Positions 1 to 8,577 of a DNA stretch of 14,181 bases are shown in pieces. A program made the translations under genes and the position numbers. The notes beneath the pieces were generated by a model, which ran no database searches, was not told the DNA's origin, and saw nothing but the letters and a program-made list of their open reading frames with translations. Within the stretch, counting starts at the first letter, position 1, and every line of letters begins with the position of its first letter. This DNA comes from Synechococcus sp. (GTDB taxonomy: Bacteria; Cyanobacteriota; Cyanobacteriia; Thermostichales; PCC-7336), in contig JBFRWD010000119.1 of the NCBI GenBank assembly GCA_051439425.1, forward strand, positions 1 through 14,181, written 5' to 3'.

Positions 1-1042
1 TAAAGGTCTGATTGCCAAGGTTCAATCCTTGGTTGGCATCAATTAACTGAACGGCATCAACAGTAACTTGCCGGCCATTAACTGTTGTTGTCAGTGAATC
101 TGTAGGGAAAATTAAAACGCCATCATCCGGATGAAAAGATCTCGGATATTCGATGTTAGAGAAAGAACCACCAATTGCAGTGCCGCTACGTTGATTATAT
201 AAACCTTGCATCGAAACTTTAAAAGCTTCTTCCCAAGTATTTTCAGCAATTGTGAAATCAAACGATCTCCCCACACCATCTACGTAAATATAGTATTCTC
301 CAGGTGTCTTAAAGTTGCTGAAATCTAAGGTGAAGACATCTGTATTTGCATAGTTTTGTTGACCGCCTCGAAAATCTTCATCGTCTGTAGCTTCTAAAGA
401 TAGTTGAGCTACCCCCATCGCACTACTATTCTGAATTTGCATATTAGTAGTAGCGTCTACAATCTTGAAATTAAGATTGCCATAAAAATGATCGGGGGTT
501 TGGGCCACATTTCCTGAAGAATCCTGTCCTCTCCATAACGACAGAAAAGCCAGCTTTGGATCGTCTGGGTCGAAACCTAGCTGGGAAACGTGAATCGCTT
601 CACTGTGTATATCTTCTGGTTGATAAATAAAGTTTTGAATATCTTGAATTTCGGAATTAAGACTTCCGACATAATCTATTGAGTAGCTATTCCCTGGCTT
701 AAAAGATATATTAGAAGGCAACTCGATAGAAATATCATGTTCTTGTGTCCACTTCAATGAATTTGGCGAAGAAAAAAAGTCAACATCTTTTCTCAAGAAT
801 GCGACATCGTTAGTTTTAGTTTTGATGTAAATTTTGCCATTCGAAAGATTAATTGGATTGATAAATTCTGGATCGTCATTTGAAGTTATTCTATAGTTAG
901 AAGGATCGAGTAACTCCTCAACATCTATTTCCTCACCCAAATATCTATCCGGAAGTGTCCCCAACCCCCTTTCCACGGAACCAACATTTAGCCTAATTCC
1001 TAAAATATTGGGAGCCACACTATAGATATTTGACTGAATCAT
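1..1042 (-). CDS. Glycoside hydrolase family 9 (cellulase/endoglucanase)-like protein with an N-terminal Ig-like CelD_N domain; 5' part only, continues past the left edge
   Basis: Manual minus-strand translation from ATG at 1042 is open for 347 codons to the edge (an in-frame TGA lies 3 codons upstream): MIQSNIYSVAPNILGIRLNVG...SEAIHVSQLGFDPDDPKLAFLSLW...DVFTLDFSNFKTPGEYYIYVDGVGRSFDFTIAENTWEEAFKVSMQGLYNQRSG... The VxQxGY/F..P, DFS....PGxYxI...G.S..F.I and Y.QRSG motifs are typical of the CelD_N-GH9 junction. The catalytic residues lie outside the window. Confidence 0.85.
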   Translation of the reverse strand, partial: MIQSNIYSVAPNILGIRLNVGSVERGLGTLPDRYLGEEIDVEELLDPSNYRITSNDDPEFINPINLSNGKIYIKTKTNDVAFLRKDVDFFSSPNSLKWTQEHDISIELPSNISFKPGNSYSIDYVGSLNSEIQDIQNFIYQPEDIHSEAIHVSQLGFDPDDPKLAFLSLWRGQDSSGNVAQTPDHFYGNLNFKIVDATTNMQIQNSSAMGVAQLSLEATDDEDFRGGQQNYANTDVFTLDFSNFKTPGEYYIYVDGVGRSFDFTIAENTWEEAFKVSMQGLYNQRSGTAIGGSFSNIEYPRSFHPDDGVLIFPTDSLTTTVNGRQVTVDAVQLIDANQGLNLGNQTF

Positions 1043-1364
1043 AGTATCAACTCAAACGATCAATTATTTTTGCAAGAATACTCTGGGATTCGCATCTATT
1101 TTGTAGAGATATATACCTCTCTCGACCTTCCATGAAGCTTAATAGAAAATCAAGTCAAAATAGGAGGAATAATATATGCTACGAGGAAAACGATAGCAGT
1201 TTCTATTCAGAGGATACTTCTATTGTAGAAAATCAGATGAAATAGTATCCATACATAATGAAGAAGCTTAAAATTTAGACTTGACCGGCCTAGACTCTAA
1301 CAGGTTATGAGGTTGTGTCTTCTACTGGTATACAAAGTTTTGCACGAAACAGTTAGCATTGAAA

Positions 1365-1535
1365 AGGCAATCCCCATTTCTAAAGCCTTCAAGTCGTTGA
1401 GATAGACTTAGTCCTCTGAATTTACGATTTTACATAGATAATCCATTAGCTGTGCCTCAAGCCTCTTTTATCACTCTAAACCTGCCAGCTATTGGCCTTG
1501 CCTCCCATAAGGTTTATTTTGGAAATTATTTCTAA
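1365..1535 (-). mobile_element. Short degenerate relic of the left end and transposase N-terminus of an IS1031-like element
   Basis: 1389-1535 aligns colinearly, with one indel, to 2472-2619: aagtcgttgagatagacttagtcctctgaatttacga vs aagtcgctgggattggcttaaggctttggattcatga, and cactctaaacctgccagct-attggc...tttattttggaaattatttctaa vs cactctaaccccgtcagccaattggc...tttactttgcaaaatggctctaa. Confidence 0.7.
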
Positions 1536-1716
1536 ACAGACACCATATTTATATTGTCAAAGCCTGATTTGCAAGCAGACTCTTAAGCCGCCATCTTAAG
1601 GATCATGAAGGGTTTGGACCTAGTCCAACTCAAGCATGTGGTTGGGGGCCTCTTTGTGGTATAAAATTATACGACAACAGGTAATTTCGTACGATATCTT
1701 ACTTGTAAGTAGAATT

Positions 1717-2508
1717 TTAAGCTGTCATCTTACGGGTCATGAGGCGAATGAGGGAAGCAAAAATTATTGCTTCACTCATCTCTGCATACAACTCAAAATC
1801 CTTACTGAGGCGACGGAAGCGATTCAACCAGTCAAACGTTCTCTCAACGATCCAACGTTTGGGCAAAACCTCAAATCCTTTTGACTGACGTTCAATGACC
1901 TACACTCGAACTTGCTCTCCACAGACTTGTTTCACAGCTTGGGCAAATTGCCCTCTCGAATATCCTTGGTCAACTCAAACTACCTCTAAACTCGATAATT
2001 TCTGTTTGGCTTCATCAAAAAACACGACTGCCACGATGTGTTCTGAGGCATTGGCTGCAGTGACCAGCACCCCAATCAAGAATCCTTGAGAACCGACGGA
2101 GATATGGCGCTTACGCCTCTTAACTTCCTTGCCACAATCAAAGCCGTAGATCTCCCCTTTTTACCAGTGTTTTTCACTGACTGAGAATAAGAGATGACAA
2201 CTGTGGATCTGGTTGTCAGCCAAATTGCTCTCTTAATTGATGTCGTAGCTTGTCGTGTATTCCCTGGCAGATCCGTTTGCGTTGCCATTTGCGGAAGTAT
2301 CTATAGACAGTGGGGTGAGGTGGAAGGTCATGGGGGGTATTTCCCACTGACATCTCGGGCGAAGGATATAAAAGATGGCATTGAGAATTTCTCGTAAATC
2401 GACTTCTCTAGGAGGTTCATAGAATATAGGAGCGGGGGAAAAGTGATTGATAATGGCCCATTCTTCACCGCTCAAGTCGCTGGGATTGGCTTAAGGCTTT
2501 GGATTCAT
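1717..2508 (-). pseudogene. IS5-family (IS1031-like) DDE transposase pseudogene
   Basis: Fragments across frames give PSDLSGEEWAII, REVDLREILNAIFYIL, CQW, HDLPPHPTVYRYFRKW, SQSVK, YGFD.GK.VK.RKRHI, WVDQGY and [25 protein letters not shown], ending at TAA 1717. Lesions: stops at 2491-2493, ~2216-2218 and 1900-1902, frameshifts, and DSQSV changed to YSQSV. Confidence 0.92.
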
Positions 2509-2619
2509 GACTTTGGGAAAACGACTCACTGGCTCTAACTCCAAACCATGGTGGCACTCTAACCCCGTCAGCCAATTGGCTTTCGCTCTATTTGGATTTA
2601 CTTTGCAAAATGGCTCTAA
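1717..2619 (-). mobile_element. Decayed IS5-family insertion sequence; left end recognisable, right end degraded
   Basis: Transposase relic plus the minus-strand sequence TTA|GAGCCATTTTGCAAAGTA at 2619-2599, which resembles IS1031-group terminal repeats with a TWA target. No convincing matching repeat was found near 1690-1716. Confidence 0.75.
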
Positions 2620-2864
2620 TGCCTGTTTTCTTGGCGTCAATAAGTATAAGGATATTGTCTTGGATGATACTTCAACCTATTTTTCCCCAGTTGTTTCTAC
2701 CTAGCTTGCAGAAGGAGGCAACTACCGTATAAAGATTTGATTTGGGGGTATGGAGATAGAAAATTACGAACTCCCAGAACAACGTGTTAGTGCAATAACA
2801 ATAAATCGATGCTGTGCGCTAGGATCTGAAGCCGCTAGAGAATTCGTCACAGGCTTGCATTTCC

Positions 2865-3605
2865 ATGGGTACTCAACTCAGTGTCAACATTAATAAAGTC
2901 GCCTTGCTGCGCAACAGTCGCAACTTCGGCATCCCCAGCGTGACGAAAGCAGCCCGCATGGTACTCGACGCAGGAGCCTACGGCGTGACCGTCCACCCTC
3001 GACCCGACGAACGACACATCCGCTATGCCGACGTTTACGACATCGACACCATCCTTAAAGCCGACTACCCCAGCGCCGAATTCAACATCGAAGGCAACCC
3101 CTTCCTCGGTCGCTTCATGGAAGTCGTCCTCGACGTCAAACCCACCCAAGCCACCCTCGTCCCCGACGACCCCAATGCCTTCACCTCCGACCACGGCTGG
3201 GATATCAAAAAAGATGGCGATCGCCTCCGCCCCATCCTCAAACAACTGCAAGACCTCGGTATCCGCGTCAGCCTCTTTATGGACCCCGACCCCGCTCAAA
3301 TTCGTTTAGCAGGCGAGCTGGGAGCCGAACGCATCGAGCTATATACCGAGCCCTATGCCACCGCCCACCGCGACGGCAAAGTAGACGAATCGTGGAAAAC
3401 CTACGCCGCTGCGGCCAAAGTTGCCCGCGAAGTGGGCCTAGATCTCAATGCCGGACATGACCTCAACCTCGACAACCTCGCTAAATTCTGCGAAATCCCC
3501 GGCATCTTAGAAGTTTCGATTGGCCATGCCCTCACTGCTGACTCGCTGGAAATGGGTATGTCGGAAGCCGTACACTGCTACTTAGCCATCTTGGCCGACA
3601 CGTAA
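2865..3605 (+). CDS. pdxJ: Pyridoxine 5'-phosphate synthase
   Basis: Motifs SVNINKVALLRNSR, GVTVHPRPDERHI, NIEG, TLVPD, RVSLFMDP, IELYTEPYA, LNAGHDL, EVSIGHAL; 246 aa. Confidence 0.97.
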   Translation: MGTQLSVNINKVALLRNSRNFGIPSVTKAARMVLDAGAYGVTVHPRPDERHIRYADVYDIDTILKADYPSAEFNIEGNPFLGRFMEVVLDVKPTQATLVPDDPNAFTSDHGWDIKKDGDRLRPILKQLQDLGIRVSLFMDPDPAQIRLAGELGAERIELYTEPYATAHRDGKVDESWKTYAAAAKVAREVGLDLNAGHDLNLDNLAKFCEIPGILEVSIGHALTADSLEMGMSEAVHCYLAILADT

Positions 3606-3639
3606 AACAGCCTCAACGTTACGCCAGAGTTTGGTGAAG

Positions 3640-4368
3640 CTAGGACAGAGATTGTTGACGATCGCGGTTGTAAAATGCAACAGCTCCAACAGCGATCGTC
3701 AAAATAAAGCTAATGGCAACATGCTCGCCAAAGTCTTCTAACGTCCCGAAGAGATAGCGAAAGAAACGGGTTGAAAAATAGATTTCACTATCGATGAAAT
3801 CCAACACACCCGCCGACACCACAAACACCACTAGTAATTTGACGATATCGAGAGAGAAGGCTTTTTCGTTCAGATTACTGGTCTTGAGATATGCATACAG
3901 AATGGGTACTACGGCAATGAGTCCCATCCCCGCCAGCGTAATCAGCTCGCCCACATTCTCACCCGTATCCAAAGCCATTGCGAGGCGATCGCCAAGTTGC
4001 TCGTGCAAGGCCAAACTGTCATCCAGCAATACCCCACCAAACAGAATGGCGAAGCCTGCATACAGGCGACTGCGGGCCCAAAATGCCAGCACAACTAAAG
4101 ACACCACAATCCCCGCGTACTTGGCGTACTGGAACCATTCCGAATAACTGCGCTCCACACCTAAATTCCACATTGGGTCGAGCAGTGCCACTCCGTAAAC
4201 GTTCAGTAAATGGCAAATTAGAAACACCAGATCGACCGCTAACAAAACAGCTAGGAATGCTTTGAGTTTGGGTGACCCTAGCCGCTGCCTGACACTGAAA
4301 AACCAACCGGGACGAGACTTGCCCGATCGCTCTTCGCTGCGTTTGTCGCCGCGTTTGTTGATAATCAC
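3640..4368 (-). CDS. Hypothetical polytopic membrane protein (about 6-7 TM helices)
   Basis: 242 aa with repeated hydrophobic segments and polar motifs ERSYSEWFQYAK, LLDDSLALHE and LEDFGEH. The GTG start is uncertain. Confidence 0.8.
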   Translation of the reverse strand: MIINKRGDKRSEERSGKSRPGWFFSVRQRLGSPKLKAFLAVLLAVDLVFLICHLLNVYGVALLDPMWNLGVERSYSEWFQYAKYAGIVVSLVVLAFWARSRLYAGFAILFGGVLLDDSLALHEQLGDRLAMALDTGENVGELITLAGMGLIAVVPILYAYLKTSNLNEKAFSLDIVKLLVVFVVSAGVLDFIDSEIYFSTRFFRYLFGTLEDFGEHVAISFILTIAVGAVAFYNRDRQQSLS

Positions 4369-4632
4369 TGTGTGCCTAGATTAATCCCCACTTAACCCAA
4401 GCATAACCAGCCTTGCCATCACCACCAATGGGGTAAGTGATTATCGCTAAAAGTGAACCTGAGTTAAGACTGCTCGGCCCCAGCCCCGTCGCAAGGCACA
4501 ATATTTGTGCAAGTTGGCCTATAACGATTTCAGTCCTGCGAATTCAGCCCTGCGACTTTGGCTCTAGAGATAGCTAGCTGCACGCTTGTCCGACGCGATT
4601 AGTCTTTCCGATTTGCACCTTCATCGATTGCA

Positions 4633-6120
4633 ATGCAAGTAACCCTGCCTTCCCACTCGCCAGTTCTCGATCGCCGACTCCTTCGTCGGTTACTGGTTAA
4701 GTGTCGGCAACAGGCCATCCGGGATGGGCAAGCTCAACTGGCTAGCGTCTCATTCTCACTCCCCCCAGTCGATCCTTTATCTGCACTAGCCCAACTCCAC
4801 AATCCACACCAGCAACATTTTTATTGGCAGCATCAAGGGCGAGAGATTGCGGCTGGTGGTACGGCTCTGGCAATGCCCGCAACTTGGACGTCTGGCGATC
4901 GTGGTTCCGCTGGTGCCAACCCCAATCGTTTTTTCGAGACGGAGCAATTTGTCCGTTCCGCACTCGAACGGTGTTGGCGCGAGGGAGAGACGCAACTGTT
5001 GGCTAGCGGGCCACTTTTCTGCTGTGGATTTAGCTTTTTTGGTGACGAGGCTGCGGATTGCAGGAGCATTAGCGAACAGAGCAACCGGCCAGCCAGCATC
5101 ACTCGTTATCCAGAAACAACGGTGTTTGTCCCCCGCTGGACGGTGATTCGACAGCAACAGGGATATGTCGCTACTCTCTGTGCCGCCGTTGACGCGCAAA
5201 CCAATGTAGGAACCGAGCTGGCGCGTTTAGAAGCGCTGGAGGACCAGTTAAGAAACGCGTCTGCTGTCGCGTGGCCGGAGGCCATACCTGCATTTCAGTC
5301 TTGGGAGACGGGGCCAAGCAATTCAGCAGACGAATTTCGGTCGGGGGTGAGTGCAGCGTTAGAGGCGATCTCGGCTGGAGAATTGAACAAAGTCGTGCTA
5401 GCCCACGCTGCAGAGCTACGGGCTCCGCAGGACATTCAGCCATTTTTGTCCCTACACAATCTGCGTCAGCTTTACCCCAAGTGCTACATCTTCTCATTGG
5501 GGAATGGCAGCGGTCAGCAGTTTTTGGGAGCCAGCCCAGAAGCGCTGATGCACGTGCATCAGGGGCGGTTAGCAATTGACGCGATCGCCGGATCTGCGGC
5601 CCGAGGCTCGTCCGAGCTGGAGGACAAGCGTTTCGCTCAATACTTGATAGATAGCAGTAAGGACCGGTTAGAACATCGAGTGGTGGTGGATGCGATTGTG
5701 CAGCAACTCCATTCCCTCAATATTCCTGCCGCTGCAGCGGCCAGTCCCAATCTGCTGCAATTGCCCAACATTCAGCACCTACACACCCGCATCTGCGCCC
5801 AATTGCCCGACGCCATTCATCCCCTCAGGGTGCTGGCGACATTGCATCCAACCCCAGCCGTTGCAGGAGAACCGAGAGCACTTGCCTGCGATCGCATTCG
5901 GGAATGGGAGTCGTTCGAACGAGGGCTTTACGCTGCTCCGGTGGGGTGGCTAGATGGACGGGGAGATTGCGAGTTGGCGGTCGGAATTCGCTCGGCTTTG
6001 GTGGAGGGCAATCGAGTGCGGTTGTGCGCGGGGGCTGGAATTGTGGCGGGCTCCGACCCCGAGAAGGAATGGGCGGAAGTTCAGTTGAAACTGCAGGCAC
6101 TGCTGCAGGCGCTTGTGTAG
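4633..6120 (+). CDS. menF: Isochorismate synthase (naphthoquinone pathway)
   Basis: Chorismate-binding MST motifs KVVLA, FLGASPE, AIAGS, KDRLEHRVV, QHLHT, LHPTPAV, RGLYAAPVGW, IRSA, AGAGIVAGSDPEKEWAEV; 3 bp upstream of menD. Confidence 0.93.
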   Translation: MQVTLPSHSPVLDRRLLRRLLVKCRQQAIRDGQAQLASVSFSLPPVDPLSALAQLHNPHQQHFYWQHQGREIAAGGTALAMPATWTSGDRGSAGANPNRFFETEQFVRSALERCWREGETQLLASGPLFCCGFSFFGDEAADCRSISEQSNRPASITRYPETTVFVPRWTVIRQQQGYVATLCAAVDAQTNVGTELARLEALEDQLRNASAVAWPEAIPAFQSWETGPSNSADEFRSGVSAALEAISAGELNKVVLAHAAELRAPQDIQPFLSLHNLRQLYPKCYIFSLGNGSGQQFLGASPEALMHVHQGRLAIDAIAGSAARGSSELEDKRFAQYLIDSSKDRLEHRVVVDAIVQQLHSLNIPAAAAASPNLLQLPNIQHLHTRICAQLPDAIHPLRVLATLHPTPAVAGEPRALACDRIREWESFERGLYAAPVGWLDGRGDCELAVGIRSALVEGNRVRLCAGAGIVAGSDPEKEWAEVQLKLQALLQALV

Positions 6121-6123
6121 CTA

Positions 6124-7893
6124 ATGCCGATCGATTTTCGCACGGTGAATACGGTGTGGGCCTCTGTGATGGTGGAGACCCTGCGACGTCTTGGCTTGAC
6201 CTCTGTTGTTGTGTCTCCGGGGTCGCGTTCTACTCCGCTGACGGTGGCATTTGCTGCGTGCGACGCAATTGAAGCAATCCCGGTATTGGACGAGCGATCG
6301 GCGGCATTTTTGGCGTTGGGACTAGCAAAGCAAAGCCATCTCCCGGTGGCATTGGTCTGTACTTCGGGGACTGCAGGAGCCAACTATTTTCCCGCCCTTA
6401 TCGAAGCCCGCAAAAGCCGCGTCCCCCTCATCGTCCTCACCACCGATCGCCCTCCCGAACTACGCGATTGTTATTCCGGTCAAACCATCGATCAACTGCG
6501 GCTGTTTGGCGATTATCCCAACTGGCAAGCGGAGCTAGCGGTGCCAGAACTCGCGTTGGGGCAAATGCGATACCTGCGGCAAACCATCTTGCAGGCATGG
6601 TGGCGATCGTTGCATCCTGTTCCCGGTGTTGTCCATCTCAATCAGCCGTTTCGAGACCCCCTGGCACCGATTCCTGACGGGCAAACTGAATGCTTTCAGG
6701 CCCAATTTCCGCCCACGTTCTTCGATGGCCTCGCAACCTGGAAGCCTCAGCCAGCAATAGCTGAACTGCCAATCACTCTGAGCGGTCGTTGGAACGCCAC
6801 CCCCAAGGGAGTAATTGTTGCCGGTCAGGCACAACCGCACGATCCTCTTGAATACTGCACTGCGATCGCTGCTGTCTCTCAAGTGCTAGGCTGGCCCGTT
6901 TTGGCCGAAGGACTGTCCCCACTACGCAACTACGCCTCAGTCAATCCCCATCTGGTTGCTCATTACGACACCATCTTGCGCAACACTACAGTGGCGCAGA
7001 CGTTTGCTCCCACTTACATCCTGCAAATTGGCCCTTTACCCACTAGCAAAGTGTTGCGACAGTGGTTGGCCGATCTCGATGTGGAAGCCTGGCAGGTGGA
7101 TGGAGGCGATCGCAACCTCGACCCGTTGCATAACCGCACCACTCCGCTGACCATGACCATCACTCAACTGGCCGGTGCTCTGTTGAGAGAGTCTGACGAT
7201 TTACCCCGTCATTTAGATCGATCGGAGTACTTGACTCGTTGGCTAGCGGCAGATGCTCAAATTGGTGCGGCGATTGACCGAGTGATGATGGGTTGCGATC
7301 GCCTGTGCGAGAGCAAGGTGTCTTGGCTGATGTCGCAACTCTTGCCCGATAACACTCCGATCTTTGTGGCCAACAGCACGGCAGTTCGAGATGTGGAGTG
7401 GTTTTGGCGACCGGGACAGTTGCAGGTGCAACCTTACGTTAATCGAGGGGCGAATGGTATTGACGGTACGCTGTCTACTGCCCTCGGGATTGCCCACCGC
7501 AATCGCCCTGCGGTCATGCTGACAGGGGATTTAGCGTTATTGCACGACACCAATGGATTTTTGGCACGATCGCACGTTCAAGTGTCCCTCACCATTCTGT
7601 TGCTGAACAACAACGGCGGCGGCATTTTCAACCTATTGCCCATCTCGAAATTTGACCCACCCTTCGAAGCGTTCTTTGCCACTCCACAGAACACCTCGTT
7701 CCAGTATTTGTGCCGCACCTACGGAGTTAGCCACGAACGGATTGCGGATTGGCAGCACTTGAGCGATCGCCTCAAGACACTACCTAAGTCTGGAATTCGA
7801 GTTCTAGAACTTGTGACGGATCGAGAACTTGATGCCAAATGGCGCTGGCAAACGTTTACGCAATTGGCGGCAGACCTCAACCCAAGCTTTTGA
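6124..7893 (+). CDS. menD: SEPHCHC synthase (ThDP-dependent)
   Basis: Motifs SPGSRSTPL, DERSAAFLALG, CTSGTA, DRPPEL, QTIDQ, NRGANGIDG, GDLALLHD, NNNGGGIF. Confidence 0.97.
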   Translation: MPIDFRTVNTVWASVMVETLRRLGLTSVVVSPGSRSTPLTVAFAACDAIEAIPVLDERSAAFLALGLAKQSHLPVALVCTSGTAGANYFPALIEARKSRVPLIVLTTDRPPELRDCYSGQTIDQLRLFGDYPNWQAELAVPELALGQMRYLRQTILQAWWRSLHPVPGVVHLNQPFRDPLAPIPDGQTECFQAQFPPTFFDGLATWKPQPAIAELPITLSGRWNATPKGVIVAGQAQPHDPLEYCTAIAAVSQVLGWPVLAEGLSPLRNYASVNPHLVAHYDTILRNTTVAQTFAPTYILQIGPLPTSKVLRQWLADLDVEAWQVDGGDRNLDPLHNRTTPLTMTITQLAGALLRESDDLPRHLDRSEYLTRWLAADAQIGAAIDRVMMGCDRLCESKVSWLMSQLLPDNTPIFVANSTAVRDVEWFWRPGQLQVQPYVNRGANGIDGTLSTALGIAHRNRPAVMLTGDLALLHDTNGFLARSHVQVSLTILLLNNNGGGIFNLLPISKFDPPFEAFFATPQNTSFQYLCRTYGVSHERIADWQHLSDRLKTLPKSGIRVLELVTDRELDAKWRWQTFTQLAADLNPSF

Positions 7894-7932
7894 ACTTACC
7901 AAGTTCTTGAACATACCAGACTCTTGAACTTA
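7890..7932. repeat. Imperfect 17-bp tandem repeat (2.5 units) between convergent genes
   Basis: ttgaacttaccaagttc / ttgaacataccagactc / ttgaactta; TTGAAC occurs at 7890, 7907 and 7924. Confidence 0.75.
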
Positions 7933-8385
7933 ACTCCGAGCCTCCGAACTGCGTTCTGGGAACGGCTGGCATGTACCGGATTCGCAGGCGGCGTAAGGAG
8001 AATTGTAGACTTGTTGGCGACGACCGAACCAAGCATAGCGATTGTCACGCACTTGTTCGTAAACGCGATCGCCTGCCCATTTCATCCCTGGCAACGCTCG
8101 ATAAGTTGCCACAATCGGAGCACTCAACGGCATCCGTCTGGCGATTTCCTCGGCGGCATCGCTCCCCTGCCAGCGCTGGGTTGGATCGATCCCATCAATC
8201 ACCATCATCCCCATTTCGCAGTCCTGTTCCGTAACCCCGAACTCTGCTTCCAGTTGGGGGGACTGCATGGGCAAATAGGCAAAGGTGCGTCCTTTATCCA
8301 GTTTCTCCAGCGTCTGCACTAAGGTGACGCAGAGGTTGCAGTTTCCGTCGTAGATGACGGTGCTGGGCTGGATGGTGTCAGTCAC
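7930..8385 (-). CDS. DCC1-like (DUF393) putative thiol-disulfide oxidoreductase
   Basis: N-terminal VIYDGNCNLC (DxxCxxC), WQGSDAA, and C-terminal YEQVRDNRYAWFG. Confidence 0.9.
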   Translation of the reverse strand: MTDTIQPSTVIYDGNCNLCVTLVQTLEKLDKGRTFAYLPMQSPQLEAEFGVTEQDCEMGMMVIDGIDPTQRWQGSDAAEEIARRMPLSAPIVATYRALPGMKWAGDRVYEQVRDNRYAWFGRRQQVYNSPYAACESGTCQPFPERSSEARS

Positions 8386-8464
8386 GGTAGGGCACCTGAC
8401 GGCAATATTTCTTTACATCTTTACCCTAGCGTAAAGCGAACTCTACCAGCCAGGTGACTGCATT

Positions 8465-8569
8465 TATCGCAATCCGCTCTAAAGTCTGGCTTGTTGAGAC
8501 AACTAGAATCCTTTACTGGCGAGGCTAAGGACTTAGGACACTCTCCATAGCGGATTGCCGATCGCTATA
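8465..8569 (-). repeat. ~105-bp MITE/REP-like palindromic element, copy 1
   Basis: Minus strand reads TATAGCGATCGGCAATCCGCTATGGAGA...CCAGACTTTAGAGCGGATTGCGATA. It contains the inverted repeat GCAATCCGCT (8469-8478) / AGCGGATTGC (8549-8558) and is homologous to 9801-9907. Confidence 0.85.
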
Positions 8570-8577
8570 GCGACCCG

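Noticed and set aside
1162..1196. Strong AGGAGG followed by a 6-codon ORF (MLRGKR)
   Set aside because: Too short to support without expression or conservation data.
1094..1330. TTCTATTGTAGAA and similar strings reminiscent of a Cas12a repeat stem
   Set aside because: There are no regularly spaced identical repeats and no cas genes; such strings are expected in AT-rich DNA.
1636..2704. Short plus-strand ORFs of the track across the IS region
   Set aside because: They are largely antisense to the transposase relic or overlap its end, and carry no recognisable motifs; the GVNKY string is too short to call a caspase-like fragment.
2847..3309. Antisense and alternate-frame ORFs over pdxJ; the same applies to those over menF, menD, csaB, the regulator and pyk
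   Set aside because: They are shadow ORFs caused by codon bias in well-supported genes and have no recognisable motifs.
5053..5061. GCGGATTGC inside menF, matching the core of the repeat element
   Set aside because: An isolated 9-mer with no partner arm or flanking similarity; likely chance.
8411..8426. CTTTACAT-CTTTACCC as a possible RpaB HLR1 site
   Set aside because: The period is 8 bp rather than the expected ~10 bp.
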